IMG/VR virus record: IMGVR_UViG_3300013286_000012
Coordinates: 12,546 to 76,545 of that record
DNA: 64,000 nucleotides
DNA from: a virus
Reading direction: 5' to 3' (one strand)
Both the position numbers and the translations under genes were made by a program. Under the pieces are notes generated by a model, which had not been told where the DNA came from, searched no databases, and saw nothing but the letters and a program-made list of their open reading frames with translations. Shown piece after piece: positions 26,463 through 36,988 of the stretch. Positions within the stretch are counted from its first letter, which is position 1. Each line of letters begins with the position of its first letter.

Positions 26463-27501
26463 CTAATTCCTCCGCCATTGGTAGGTCACTTGTTTCAAAA
26501 ACTAACTTTTGTAATTCATCTTTAAGTTCAATTTCTTCACGGATGCTTTGGATAGCAGAGTCAATTCCTTGCCATTTGCGTTCACCAAAGTAATACCATC
26601 CGCCTTTACGTTGGATAATATTTTTTACAACAGCCAATGCTGCAACTTCTTTGGCAAAATCAAACTCACCAGGAGCACACTCGCCACCTTCTGCAAAATA
26701 AAAATCAAAGTAAGCAAGACGTTGTGGTGGTGCAGTTTTGTTCTTTAGCGTGCGAACTTTAATACGTTGTCCTATACGGACCTTGTTTGTTCCAGAACCA
26801 ATCTCAATCCACTCATCACGTTTTACCTCACAACGAGTAAAGAACGCATAGTTCTTTCCCTCTCCACCAGGAGTTGTGCGTGGGTCTCCGTGCATTACTC
26901 CAATCTTCATGCGGTACTGGTTGATGATAAGACCAAGAACTGGGCGCTCATCTTCAACAAGGGAACGCTTCATGGCTGTTCCTACTACACGAAAAAATTT
27001 ATTGGTGAGTAATGCACCACGACCAACGGTTGCCTCGCTCATATCTTTCTCCATTTCTGGTGCAGGAGATAATGCTGGCAATGAATCAATAACAATTGCA
27101 TCTACTGATTTAGATTCAGCAAATTGAATAACGGCTTGGTATGCCTCTTCCATAATGCTAGTCTCAATGACAATAATACGACCAGTATCAACTCCACACA
27201 TCGCCGCATACTCAGGCACCCATTGTTCTGCAGCAACCCACACAGTTGTATGTTCTGGATTCTTTGCTTGATTTGCAGCAATCGTTTTAAGCGCTAATGC
27301 AGTTTTACCGTGTGAGGGTTCTCCAATTAATTCATTCCATTGGTTTCCTGGAAATCCTCCTCCAAGGACATAATCCAATGTAGTAGAACCACTGGTAATG
27401 CGAGGAATAAGGTCACTCCTAATGTCAGAAGCGATAACCACCACATTGTCCCCAAATTTTTTGTTGAGGAGCGCCATAATTTTTTTTGCTTCATCATTCA
27501 C
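26455..27501 (-). CDS. recA: RecA/UvsX recombinase
   Basis: SGSTTLD..LGGG, GEPSHGKT, IVIDSL, INQYR.KIG, TPGG. Confidence 0.95.
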   Translation of the reverse strand: MNDEAKKIMALLNKKFGDNVVVIASDIRSDLIPRITSGSTTLDYVLGGGFPGNQWNELIGEPSHGKTALALKTIAANQAKNPEHTTVWVAAEQWVPEYAAMCGVDTGRIIVIETSIMEEAYQAVIQFAESKSVDAIVIDSLPALSPAPEMEKDMSEATVGRGALLTNKFFRVVGTAMKRSLVEDERPVLGLIINQYRMKIGVMHGDPRTTPGGEGKNYAFFTRCEVKRDEWIEIGSGTNKVRIGQRIKVRTLKNKTAPPQRLAYFDFYFAEGGECAPGEFDFAKEVAALAVVKNIIQRKGGWYYFGERKWQGIDSAIQSIREEIELKDELQKLVFETSDLPMAEELDA

Positions 27502-27878
27502 TAGTTAATCCTTCCAATGATTCCTTGTGGATTCCAATTACTTGCAATGTCATTTCCAATTGAAGCCTTTGTTGCTCCCTCTACCTTTGCACCAGTTAAT
27601 GCGCCAAAACGACTACCCGACTGTTCTACTGGGTAACCACAGTCATAACAGCGTGGTTTTGCATTTTGAACAGACATGTAATTGTTACCCCCACAATCGG
27701 GGCATGAGTCAGTCTGCTGTGCGCTACCAATGCGAAGAGACGGTGCCTGTGGTTGTGGCGGTGAATACGGAGTCATAGGTTGTTGTGACGGCGGCATCGG
27801 CACATCTGCTGGTCGTGTTTGTTGTGGTGCTGCGGGCTGTGCACCTAGTTGTTTTGCCCACCAGTCTGCATTACTCAA
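27501..27878 (-). CDS. Pro/Gln-rich Zn-ribbon protein
   Basis: CPDC...CYDCG; probable TTG start overlapping polA stop. Confidence 0.65.
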   Translation of the reverse strand: MSNADWWAKQLGAQPAAPQQTRPADVPMPPSQQPMTPYSPPQPQAPSLRIGSAQQTDSCPDCGGNNYMSVQNAKPRCYDCGYPVEQSGSRFGALTGAKVEGATKASIGNDIASNWNPQGIIGRIN

Positions 27879-29878
27879 TCTTTTGCCTCTCCCCATTTGT
27901 TAACTATCTTTACCTCTGCAATAAGAGGAACTGTAATTTCTGGAAGTTTAATTCCTTCCATTGATTCCCGAATTGCTTCGGCAGTTTCTTCTGCTAGGTC
28001 TCCACGTGCCACTGTAACTAACTCGTCATGTACAGTCAACACAACATTGACATCTGGTTCATCAACAAAACAAGAATGTGCCCTAATAATGGCTAATTTC
28101 ATTAAATCTGCAGCAGAACCTTGAATAACGGTGTTAAAGGCTTGTCGGTCAGCCCTAGCCTTTAAGCCACGGTCTTTGCTCTTTAACTCTGGAATGTAGC
28201 GGCGACGTCCAAAAATAGTTTCAACATAAGGTGTCGGTCCACGTCCATTAGCCTGACGTATAACTTTTGCTTTGTATTTAGAGATATCGTGAAATTGTTC
28301 TTCAAAACGATTTAACAAATCTTTAGCATCTGCAACAGAGCACCCAACTTGTTGAGCAATTTTTTCTGGCCCAACACCATAAGCAATAGAAAGAACAAGA
28401 ACTTTTCCAGCCTTTCTGTTTACTCCCATTGTGTCACCAATAGTGGTGTAAATATCACCGCCATTTAAATAATTATTCATCATAATTGGGTCGTTAGAAA
28501 ATGATGCAATAATTCTTGGTTCAATCTGCGAGTAATCAGCCACTATTAATTTGTACCCTGGTGGAGCAACAAATAAATTTCTAATTAATATTCCATACTT
28601 TCCACTGCTTGGAATATTTTGTAGGTTTGGGTCACTACTGGAGAACCGACCAGTTTCTGCTCCGTGCGCTTTAAAATTTGTGTGAACCCTTCCCTCAATC
28701 ATGAGGCTTTTTTTATCCACAATCTTTTCTTTTCCCATTGTTGTGCGAGTAATCTCTCCACCAAGGTAAGGCATCACATACGTGGTCATTAATTTGTTTA
28801 AGTCTTGGTATTCTAAAATTGCGTCAACAAGTTCATCTTTTGCACGATAAAACTCCAATGCATCAGAAGACACGGAATAATGTTTAATTCCTAACTCTGA
28901 TGGATTTGTTGCTGCCACATCTTGACCTTTAAGAGTAAGGGCCACACGAATACGCAAATTAGGTTTAATTCCACGACCCTCTGGTTTTGGTGAGAACAAC
29001 AACTCTTGTTTTTCTTTGATGGAGTTCATAGAAAAAGGACGACCCGTAAGTTTCCATGCTTTGGCTTTAGCATTGTCAATATCTTTTTCAAGGCGCATTT
29101 TCAATGCCTTTAACTCTTCTACATCAATGTTGGCACCAGTTAATTCCATGTCACAAAGCGCTGCAACAACGTCCATCTCTAACTGCCAAACTCTTTTAAG
29201 ATTTCCCTGTAATTTTGCATTTAAAGATTTATACAACTTCCAAGTTACTTCGGAATCAAAACCAGAATAATGAGCAACATCGCTAAATGAGTGCACTTCA
29301 ACCATTGCTCCAATTCCTTTTTCAACTTTGATACCCAACTCTCGTTCAGAGCAAGCAGCAAGTCCAAGGGCATTCCGACTACGATTATCAATAATAAAAG
29401 AAGCCATTAAAGTATCAAAATGTGGTTTGCTAGGAACTACTCCACGGTAATATTTAGCAATAGACTTTAAATCAAACTTAACATTATGACCAATCTTTAA
29501 TTTGTCGCTAAAAAATAATGGCTTTAACTCTTTAAATACATCTCCAGGAAATAACTGCGCTGGCGGATTACCAAACACGGGCGTCCATTTGGCTTGATTC
29601 TTTGAGTAGTCTGCTTCTGCAAGTGTTTTACCTGCTGCAACCTTACGCTGACCACTAAGGAGCATCTCTTTATCCCAATGCAAAAATTCACCATTTGGGT
29701 GACCCATAGGAATAACATCTGTGCGACCTTCTGTTGCTAAAGAAATCCACATAACATCATTGACTTTTGGTTGAATTCTATTTTCACCAACTGTTTCCAC
29801 ATCAAAGGAAAAAGCATCTACCTTGGAGTAAAACTCAACAAGTTCTTGTAACTGTTCTTTGGTTGTAATAATATTCAT
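27875..29878 (-). CDS. polA: family A DNA polymerase with 3'-5' exonuclease
   Basis: FDVET, HNVKFD, TGRFSS..PNLQNIP, DYSQIEPR, QGSAAD, VHDE. Confidence 0.96.
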   Translation of the reverse strand: MNIITTKEQLQELVEFYSKVDAFSFDVETVGENRIQPKVNDVMWISLATEGRTDVIPMGHPNGEFLHWDKEMLLSGQRKVAAGKTLAEADYSKNQAKWTPVFGNPPAQLFPGDVFKELKPLFFSDKLKIGHNVKFDLKSIAKYYRGVVPSKPHFDTLMASFIIDNRSRNALGLAACSERELGIKVEKGIGAMVEVHSFSDVAHYSGFDSEVTWKLYKSLNAKLQGNLKRVWQLEMDVVAALCDMELTGANIDVEELKALKMRLEKDIDNAKAKAWKLTGRPFSMNSIKEKQELLFSPKPEGRGIKPNLRIRVALTLKGQDVAATNPSELGIKHYSVSSDALEFYRAKDELVDAILEYQDLNKLMTTYVMPYLGGEITRTTMGKEKIVDKKSLMIEGRVHTNFKAHGAETGRFSSSDPNLQNIPSSGKYGILIRNLFVAPPGYKLIVADYSQIEPRIIASFSNDPIMMNNYLNGGDIYTTIGDTMGVNRKAGKVLVLSIAYGVGPEKIAQQVGCSVADAKDLLNRFEEQFHDISKYKAKVIRQANGRGPTPYVETIFGRRRYIPELKSKDRGLKARADRQAFNTVIQGSAADLMKLAIIRAHSCFVDEPDVNVVLTVHDELVTVARGDLAEETAEAIRESMEGIKLPEITVPLIAEVKIVNKWGEAKD

Positions 29879-29902
29879 GTAAATCCCCTCAAAAGTTTTG
29901 GT

Positions 29903-29942
29903 GTGAGAGAGCCTGAAGCGTCGTAAGCACAGGCTCCCTCAC
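29903..29942 (-). promoter_or_regulatory. hairpin between ssb and polA
   Basis: GTGAGAGAGCCTG / CAGGCTCCCTCAC inverted repeat. Confidence 0.55.
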
Positions 29943-29954
29943 GTGGAAGCGTAC

Positions 29955-30602
29955 TTACGCTACAGAGCGAGCAACCTCAAGCATTTCGGAGCGAGGGGTC
30001 TCTCTAATAACTTCTGCTGTGAACGGTACAGCGGCTGCTACTAACTCTTGTACATCGTCAGTGCTTAACTTCCATTCCTCAGCCAGGTCACGTCCACGAA
30101 CAAAGTTAAGGGTATACTGTGTTGTTGGGCCTGAACCTAGACGAGAAACTTCCCAGAACTCTTTGGAAAGAGGTCCTTTACGCTCATCATCGTGCGCCTT
30201 CTTAATTTGGCGAGCAAGTGATGGTGGTGCTGTCATGATTTGAACTCCTTGTAACTCTCCTGAGAGAACAAGTACGTTGAATGAAAACTTGCCACGTGGC
30301 TTATCGCCAAGGACATCGCAGAGTGGACATGCCTCACCGATGCAAACAAAAGATTTCTTACCCTTTGGGCGTTCAATCCAATGCTGCTCGTATGATGCAA
30401 ATGGTTGGTCTTCAAGAAACTTCACCAATTGTGGTGATTCTGAAAACTTGAAGTCGGTAGGAAAATCAGATGAATTTTCCTGTATGAGTGAGTCGAATGC
30501 ATCCCAACCTTGTTGAACTGTTGTTCCAACTTTTGGCATTGCATCTTCGTTATCTTCTGAGAGGTATGAATCTGCCTCTACTGTTGGTTTTGTTATTGGC
30601 AT
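29955..30602 (-). CDS. single-stranded DNA-binding protein (gp32-like)
   Basis: QHW..., C....CPLC, SR.G.G..TQY; replication operon. Confidence 0.7.
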   Translation of the reverse strand: MPITKPTVEADSYLSEDNEDAMPKVGTTVQQGWDAFDSLIQENSSDFPTDFKFSESPQLVKFLEDQPFASYEQHWIERPKGKKSFVCIGEACPLCDVLGDKPRGKFSFNVLVLSGELQGVQIMTAPPSLARQIKKAHDDERKGPLSKEFWEVSRLGSGPTTQYTLNFVRGRDLAEEWKLSTDDVQELVAAAVPFTAEVIRETPRSEMLEVARSVA

Positions 30603-30625
30603 TTGTTTCTTTCTGGTAATGAGGC

Positions 30626-31102
30626 CTATTGGCTCTCGGTGGATGTGATGTCTTTCCAGCGCTTTATTAAAGCCTCTGTTAAGTCATTGTATTGATTCCA
30701 CTCTACGCGAGCAGAACCGAGCAATCCTCTACGGTTAAATTCTTCAACTGTAGATTCAATAAGTGCACGAGTATAAACTCGGTTTCCTCCAGTGCTTTGG
30801 CCTTTTAAAGTTTTAGACCGAAGGCGATATGGGGCGCGAGGGATATACCCCTTACGTTCCCACAGACGGATAGTAACAATGGTTTTTTCTAACGCTTGCG
30901 CTAACGCACTGATAGTAAAAACTTCTGCTTCTTTTCCACCTAATGTTTTAACAATGGGATTTGCATCCCAACCGTTACTTTCTCCCGTCCTACGACGAGA
31001 AACTTTTGGGTCTTGTTCACGTCGTTTGCGTTTTGAACCAGGAACGTACTCCAAGTTAGCAAACGCTTCAAGGATTTCATCTTCCCCACGTAGACCAGCC
31101 AT
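30626..31102 (-). CDS. MerR-like HTH DNA-binding protein
   Basis: FTISALAQALEK...TIRLWERKGYIP...NRVYT. Confidence 0.75.
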   Translation of the reverse strand: MAGLRGEDEILEAFANLEYVPGSKRKRREQDPKVSRRRTGESNGWDANPIVKTLGGKEAEVFTISALAQALEKTIVTIRLWERKGYIPRAPYRLRSKTLKGQSTGGNRVYTRALIESTVEEFNRRGLLGSARVEWNQYNDLTEALIKRWKDITSTESQ

Positions 31103-31104
31103 TG

Positions 31105-31545
31105 TTACTTCTTCTTCAGTACTAATGCCCAAACAATTTGTTGTGGGTACATTTCTTCAATCTCTTCTTCAGTAAGTTCATCGCTGTAAAGAGCAGCCAT
31201 CAAAGCATCCTCATCAACAACTTCTTTAGTAATAATAAGTTTATCTCGTAAACCCTTTTCTTCAATTAATTCAAAGGCTCGTAGTTCATTTATTTTTCTA
31301 GAAACACGACGCTGCTTTACAACTGCAACTGCTCCATCAATTTCTTTATCAAGTTCAATCACAATATTTCCAGATGAGTCAGGCTCACCATTAGCGTCCA
31401 GTTGTTCAAACAACTTAACTTTTAATTCTTTTTGCTGTGTTTCCCAATACTCAAGTTGTTGCTTTACAAAAGAGTATTGTTTTGCTTGTGCTGAAAAATC
31501 ATTATCATCAGCAAATCGTGGCTCTGTTGGTTTTACTCTTGCCAT
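31105..31545 (-). CDS. hypothetical coiled-coil protein
   Basis: GGGGG RBS; operon. Confidence 0.65.
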   Translation of the reverse strand: MARVKPTEPRFADDNDFSAQAKQYSFVKQQLEYWETQQKELKVKLFEQLDANGEPDSSGNIVIELDKEIDGAVAVVKQRRVSRKINELRAFELIEEKGLRDKLIITKEVVDEDALMAALYSDELTEEEIEEMYPQQIVWALVLKKK

Positions 31546-31554
31546 GTGTTCCCC

Positions 31555-33129
31555 CTATGGTCTTGCTTTCTGTAGGAATCCTATAAGGCTACCCACCGTT
31601 AAGTCAACTCCACCCTTGGCGTTGATTCCTATTCCATCCATAACGGCATCCGCTACGGCATTCTTTTGTTGGAGCATATCGTGTTGGCGTTCCTCTATGG
31701 AGTTGGCAACAATCATGTCTTGGATAGTGATGCTAGGCCAACGACTTGATGCTCTCTTAATTCGGCCGTTTCTTTGGACGGCTAAACCCGCTGACCAAGG
31801 AAGGTCATAGTTTACGAGAAGGTTTGCATTAGGAAGGTCAACACCATAACCTCCAGCATCAGAAGAAATAAATACGCGACAGTCAGGGTCAGAAATAAAC
31901 TTTTCTTTGCTTTTTTCTTTTTCTTTGGCATTCATACTACCTGTGTAAAGGGTTCCTCCAACTTCTGAGTGGATAAGGTCAAGCATCCCTACCCACGAAG
32001 TAAATATAACTACCTTTGCTTCTGGGTCTGTATCTAGATGGTCATTAACGTAGTTCTTTAATTCTTGCAGTTTCTGAGATTTAACGACCCCCTCTAATAA
32101 GCCCCGTTCTTTTAGGCTATATGCATATGCGCTTCCATTACCTAGTTGTTTATCAAATGCTTGGGCGCTATTTTCCAGCAATGATGGATGGTCGCACAAC
32201 ATTCTGAGAGCAGTTATTTTGGACATGATAGAGCCACGCATCATGTCTGCAGGGCTTCCAGGGTTGCTGTCGTGCCCATAGTGAGCAAAGAGTGAGAAAG
32301 ATGAACCCAGAAGTTGTTGCGCCTCGTACAACTCGTTACTGAGTTCATCAGCAATAAAGTTGTAAAGAACAGATGTTTTTTTATCAAAAGGAACTAATAT
32401 TGGGTCACGATAAAGGGTGTCAGGCAAATACGGGGCTACATCTGCGTCTGTTTGAATTTTACGAACAGATGCTTGCTTCATTTTTTCATGAAAAATAGGG
32501 AGATTACGGTAACGTTGAACTCCACCAAAATGATTCCGTACAATAAAAGTTTGGTCAAACAAATCAAAACGACCCAAGAGACCATCATCAACAAACTGCA
32601 TGATGCTGTACACCTCTTCTGGTCTACCGTTTTCAATAGGTGTTCCAGTCAATGCAAATCTAATAGGAATTTTAAAGGCTAATTTCTTTACCATTTTTGC
32701 ACGTTTTGAACGAAACCCCTTTATAGCCGTGGCCTCATCGCAGATGACTGCTCCCCATTCGTAATCTTTAATTAAATCCCAGTCTGCAACAATTGTTTCG
32801 TAGTTACAGATGATGTAATTGGTGTGGTCTTCCCATTCAACATCTCGCATCCAACGAACTGTACGAACAGACTTAGCGCCATCAATAACAGAAGTACCTG
32901 CATCAGAAAACTTTTTTATTTCTTTTTCCCATTGGTATTTAAGACTGGACAATCCAATAACAAGAACTGGTTTAGTAATAGAACCATCTTCTTTTAACTT
33001 TTCAATAGCAGCAATGGTCATGCAAGTTTTCCCTAAACCCATTTCGTAAGCCACTAGCATCTTTTTACGAATAACCATCTTGTTTACAGCATCTACTTGA
33101 TAAGGTTTTAATGTTCCAATAAAAGTCAT
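31555..33129 (-). CDS. SNF2-family helicase
   Basis: MGLGKT, DEAT, LTGTP.EN, motif VI QRNGRIKR. Confidence 0.93.
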   Translation of the reverse strand: MTFIGTLKPYQVDAVNKMVIRKKMLVAYEMGLGKTCMTIAAIEKLKEDGSITKPVLVIGLSSLKYQWEKEIKKFSDAGTSVIDGAKSVRTVRWMRDVEWEDHTNYIICNYETIVADWDLIKDYEWGAVICDEATAIKGFRSKRAKMVKKLAFKIPIRFALTGTPIENGRPEEVYSIMQFVDDGLLGRFDLFDQTFIVRNHFGGVQRYRNLPIFHEKMKQASVRKIQTDADVAPYLPDTLYRDPILVPFDKKTSVLYNFIADELSNELYEAQQLLGSSFSLFAHYGHDSNPGSPADMMRGSIMSKITALRMLCDHPSLLENSAQAFDKQLGNGSAYAYSLKERGLLEGVVKSQKLQELKNYVNDHLDTDPEAKVVIFTSWVGMLDLIHSEVGGTLYTGSMNAKEKEKSKEKFISDPDCRVFISSDAGGYGVDLPNANLLVNYDLPWSAGLAVQRNGRIKRASSRWPSITIQDMIVANSIEERQHDMLQQKNAVADAVMDGIGINAKGGVDLTVGSLIGFLQKARP

Positions 33130-33338
33130 GGCCTATCCAAAAGAGTAGGCGCCTTAGCGTACGAGCCGCATATAGCGCACTCCATATCTAATAGGTATTG
33201 AGAAATCTCATAATCCTCAAAAGATACTTTTATATTCCACAGAGTGGACTCACAATGCAGGCATTCGTGACAAACCAATTGGGCATAATCCATCGTCCCT
33301 GTGTAGTCTGGTTTTAATTCACGAATTGATTTATTCAT
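33126..33338 (-). CDS. small Zn-binding protein
   Basis: CLHC...CAICG. Confidence 0.65.
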   Translation of the reverse strand: MNKSIRELKPDYTGTMDYAQLVCHECLHCESTLWNIKVSFEDYEISQYLLDMECAICGSYAKAPTLLDRP

Positions 33339-34270
33339 AAGTAGGCAGCCTTCCCTAAAACGGAAGTCTTTGCAGTCTTAATTCCATGCTCAACCTCGGC
33401 CTCAGTCATGTCCCCAACGTCTTTTACATCTATGCCACGGTAGTTAAAATAATACAAATCCATACCGTATTTGCGAGCCATGACACGTATCTGCTCGTTG
33501 GCTGTGTGCCCAGCCTTATCGTTATCAAACGCCGCAATAACCCTTGATGCTCGTCGCATAATCTTTGCTTGGTCTTCGCTAATAATTGCGCCATAAGTAG
33601 AAATTGCGTTGTGACCAAGACCCGTAAGACGGACTGCATCTAACGGGGACTCAACAACAATAAGAGTGTGTTTAGAACTCATTACCTGCACACCAAATAC
33701 AGTCCTTGATTTCTTTACTCCTGCTGGTTGATTTTTAAAAAAACGACCACGGGCTCCTTTTTCTTGCCAACCTAAAAGCGCACCAGTATCTGGGTCTCTA
33801 ATAGGAAGAATCCATGCTTCGTTCTTTTCATCCCAAAGAACTCCGTGAACCGTTACTGCTCCTCGTATTAAAAACCTTTTCTTTAATTCTATATCTGGTG
33901 GAGTTGTGTACACCGCAAGACGAGCCTCAGACATGGCAATCACAGGTTCTTCGGGTTGCATGTACTCTGGTAAATCTTTAATGCGTCTCATTAAAGAGTC
34001 AAGAGGAACCTCTGCACCTTCACCGATAAAATCTTGTGCATCAAAATACGAGATACCTTTAATGTCAGCAACTAATGTGTAAATATTTCCTTTATACCCA
34101 CAAGAAAAACAGATGTGAACTCCTGTTTCAGAGTTAACCCACCATGAAGGATGTTGGTCTTCTTTTCCTGTACGCTTCTTATGCATTGGGCACAAACCAT
34201 TAACTTCAACTCCACGCTGCGAATACAGGGGAAGTTCTAAGTTAAGAAGAACTTTTTCAACATCAATCAC
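33335..34270 (-). CDS. dnaG: DNA primase (CHC2 Zn finger + TOPRIM)
   Basis: CPMH..CFSCG; VES..D; FDND..G; KD.GD. Confidence 0.9.
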   Translation of the reverse strand: MIDVEKVLLNLELPLYSQRGVEVNGLCPMHKKRTGKEDQHPSWWVNSETGVHICFSCGYKGNIYTLVADIKGISYFDAQDFIGEGAEVPLDSLMRRIKDLPEYMQPEEPVIAMSEARLAVYTTPPDIELKKRFLIRGAVTVHGVLWDEKNEAWILPIRDPDTGALLGWQEKGARGRFFKNQPAGVKKSRTVFGVQVMSSKHTLIVVESPLDAVRLTGLGHNAISTYGAIISEDQAKIMRRASRVIAAFDNDKAGHTANEQIRVMARKYGMDLYYFNYRGIDVKDVGDMTEAEVEHGIKTAKTSVLGKAAYL

Positions 34271-35517
34271 ACACGGCTCCAGTCGGAGCAGTACTTGCAC
34301 TTAAAAACTTGGTCTTCGTCGTGAAAACAACCAGTCTCCCAGCGCCAAGTAAGTGCGGTCTCTGTAGGTCCACAGTTACGGCTTGCAACTACTTTGAGGT
34401 TGCGAAGTTCTTCATCTTCATCAATGGGTTCAAGACCCAAGATGACGTCAGAGTCTTGGAAGAATGATGATGAGTAACCAATTGAGTCCGCAGTTACTTT
34501 TCCAGCACGCATCTTCCACAACAATGTCTGTGTAGTAATAACAATAGGTTTATCAATACGCTGTGCTAATCGCTTCATACCACGAGTAATGTTAGTGATG
34601 GCTTGAGGGGTATTCATCTCACCACTAACTTCATCAAGCATCAAATACACACCGTCAACAAACACGATGTCTGGTTTAGTTTGCTCAATCTTTGCCGCTA
34701 ATGCTGAGACAGTAATTCCATTCACTGCGTCTACCAAGTGAAATGGGTGCTCTTTCTCCATGTCATTTAACATATCAATAAGCCTTGACTCTTCTGGTGG
34801 TAATAGTTTTCCACGACGATAACGTCCATGAGAAATATGAGCACGCATGGCATCGTGACGCTGTTGTTGTTCATGATTGTTCATTTCAAAAGATTGAAAC
34901 ATCGGTGTCTTACCTTGCAGGTGGATATTGATAGCCATCTTTAATGCAATTTGTGACTTACCAGTTTTTGGTGGAGCAATAATTGTTACTAATTGCCCAC
35001 CTTGCAAACCTGCAGTTGCTTCATCAATTTTTGCAAAACCTGTTGGAATACCTAAGAACTCTGCATTCTGTAACGATTGATAATCCTTGTAACGTTGTTC
35101 TGTATTTTTTGTTAAGTCAATCTCGTGAGTGCCAAGGACACCTTGTTCATTAACTCTAGTGATGGTGCGTTCCATTGCCAGCAATGCCGCATCGTGGTTG
35201 TTGTCTTGCAATTCCTCAATTGCGGATTCCAAACCTTGACGAGTAAGCATGCGGCGTCGAAAATCAACCATCGTGTCAAGCAAGTATTCGATGCTGTCTT
35301 GAACATCAAGAATTTTGTAATTTGGGTAATGGTCTTTAACTGTAACTGATGTTGGAACTTCGCTGTACTCGCCATAGTGTTGGCGAACAAAAGACCACAC
35401 TCTTTTGTTTTCGTCATCTAAAAACCAGTTCTCAGATACCCCACGTGAGAGAGCAGGGACAATATCTCGGTCACGAATAACTTTACTAACTAACCGTGCC
35501 TCATTGTCTGCTGCCAC
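34267..35517 (-). CDS. dnaB: DnaB-like replicative helicase
   Basis: GIPTGF..ID, APPKTGKS, SFEM, FVDG.YL, QDSD. Confidence 0.92.
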   Translation of the reverse strand: MAADNEARLVSKVIRDRDIVPALSRGVSENWFLDDENKRVWSFVRQHYGEYSEVPTSVTVKDHYPNYKILDVQDSIEYLLDTMVDFRRRMLTRQGLESAIEELQDNNHDAALLAMERTITRVNEQGVLGTHEIDLTKNTEQRYKDYQSLQNAEFLGIPTGFAKIDEATAGLQGGQLVTIIAPPKTGKSQIALKMAINIHLQGKTPMFQSFEMNNHEQQQRHDAMRAHISHGRYRRGKLLPPEESRLIDMLNDMEKEHPFHLVDAVNGITVSALAAKIEQTKPDIVFVDGVYLMLDEVSGEMNTPQAITNITRGMKRLAQRIDKPIVITTQTLLWKMRAGKVTADSIGYSSSFFQDSDVILGLEPIDEDEELRNLKVVASRNCGPTETALTWRWETGCFHDEDQVFKCKYCSDWSRV

Positions 35518-35532
35518 TTATTACCCCAAGGA

Positions 35533-35949
35533 TTAGATGTTGTCTATTTGTACACCAGCGGAACCGTATTGTGCAACTCGTGCAGGAATATCCAACACAG
35601 CCTTTAAATTTGGTCGGTAAGGCAAACCAGCAACTAACTCTTGAGAATCCTCATAAAGTTGCCAATAGTTAAATGGATTAACTACGCGTCGTTCTAACTT
35701 TTCAAATGCTTTATCAAGTAAATCTTCAGTCCAGCCTTCGCTTTCAAATCCAGCCAACTCTAAAGATATCTCGTACTTATTTGACATTACCCATAGTTTG
35801 TTAGCATTTTGCAAATCAATGTTTCCTATTTTAGAAGAGACTTTTTTTATTAAAAAAGTTTTGGTTTCTTCTTTAATTAAACTGATGACTAAATCTGTAA
35901 CGCACACTATTTGAGGAGAGGAGACATTTGAGATGTCTCCATTTTTCAT
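35533..35949 (-). CDS. hypothetical protein
   Basis: operon ORF. Confidence 0.65.
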   Translation of the reverse strand: MKNGDISNVSSPQIVCVTDLVISLIKEETKTFLIKKVSSKIGNIDLQNANKLWVMSNKYEISLELAGFESEGWTEDLLDKAFEKLERRVVNPFNYWQLYEDSQELVAGLPYRPNLKAVLDIPARVAQYGSAGVQIDNI

Positions 35950-36245
35950 AGGACTTCTACCTTGGCGTATTTCACTATAAAATCACGAAATTTAACAGCA
36001 TCATCGCTAGCATCTACGGCTAATTCTTCGGAGATTTTATTTGGAACAAGGATTGAATAATTTCCTCTATTCATACGCATTTTTTCTTTAACAAAATCAG
36101 AATGTTTACATACGGAAGTTTTGCGCCATACAGGGCAATTACAACGGGTGTTCTGTGTGCTGGTATCAACCTCAACTTCAAAGATACCAGCAGCCTGAGA
36201 AGAGATAAAAAGTTGAACTGTTCTCCAGGAACTCTTCATGCTCAT
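35946..36245 (-). CDS. SWIM zinc-finger protein
   Basis: CNCP......CKH. Confidence 0.75.
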   Translation of the reverse strand: MSMKSSWRTVQLFISSQAAGIFEVEVDTSTQNTRCNCPVWRKTSVCKHSDFVKEKMRMNRGNYSILVPNKISEELAVDASDDAVKFRDFIVKYAKVEVL

Positions 36246-36250
36246 ACCTT

Positions 36251-36973
36251 TCATTGTGCGGCTCGTAAGTCTTCTCCAATTATAGGGACTCGAACGAATG
36301 CTTCATTGGCAAACGATGCCATGGCTTCCTTGTACACCGCTTCCCAATTCTCCAACCTTACATTAGTAGTAACAATAGTAGGAAGAGCCTTGTCATACCT
36401 TAAACGCAGAATTTCATCAAATGAAGAATCGTTGTATTCAGAGCCGTACTCTTTTCCTAAATCATCTATTACCAAAACTCTAACGTTTAACCAATCAAAC
36501 TTAGAGCGACCATGAAAACCGTCTAATTCGTACATGGCATCCCGTTTGTCGTCTGGCATTGCATCAAAAGTTGATTTTTTACGAGACAAGAACTCAGGGT
36601 AAGTCATGTAGTAGATGGGCTTAAATGCAAGTCCATAGTCTTTCTGGTTAGCGCCAAGAACTTTGCATGCCTCGGCATCGTTGTCAGGTAGTCGACGGAG
36701 GAACTCCATTGCGGCTACAACGGCGTGCGTCGTCTTGCCGATGCCAGGACCGCCATCAAATAGCAGACCAACGCCATTGATACCAATGTTGCCAATCTGT
36801 TTGATGACGTGCCCGTTAGTGGCATCCTCAATCCATGTCGCTACTTCTTCTGGAAAATCTCCAGCACGGTCGACGATATCTTGTGGCTCAAGACCAAAAA
36901 ATCGACGCGGAATATTTGAGGTACGAGTTAGCCAATGACGTTTAAGTGATGACAACTCGTTTATGTCGTACAT
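36251..36973 (-). CDS. DnaC/IstB-like ATPase (helicase loader)
   Basis: GGPGIGKT, LVIDDLGKE, R....PTIVTTN. Confidence 0.88.
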   Translation of the reverse strand: MYDINELSSLKRHWLTRTSNIPRRFFGLEPQDIVDRAGDFPEEVATWIEDATNGHVIKQIGNIGINGVGLLFDGGPGIGKTTHAVVAAMEFLRRLPDNDAEACKVLGANQKDYGLAFKPIYYMTYPEFLSRKKSTFDAMPDDKRDAMYELDGFHGRSKFDWLNVRVLVIDDLGKEYGSEYNDSSFDEILRLRYDKALPTIVTTNVRLENWEAVYKEAMASFANEAFVRVPIIGEDLRAAQ

Positions 36974-36988
36974 GTGCCCCCAAGTTAA

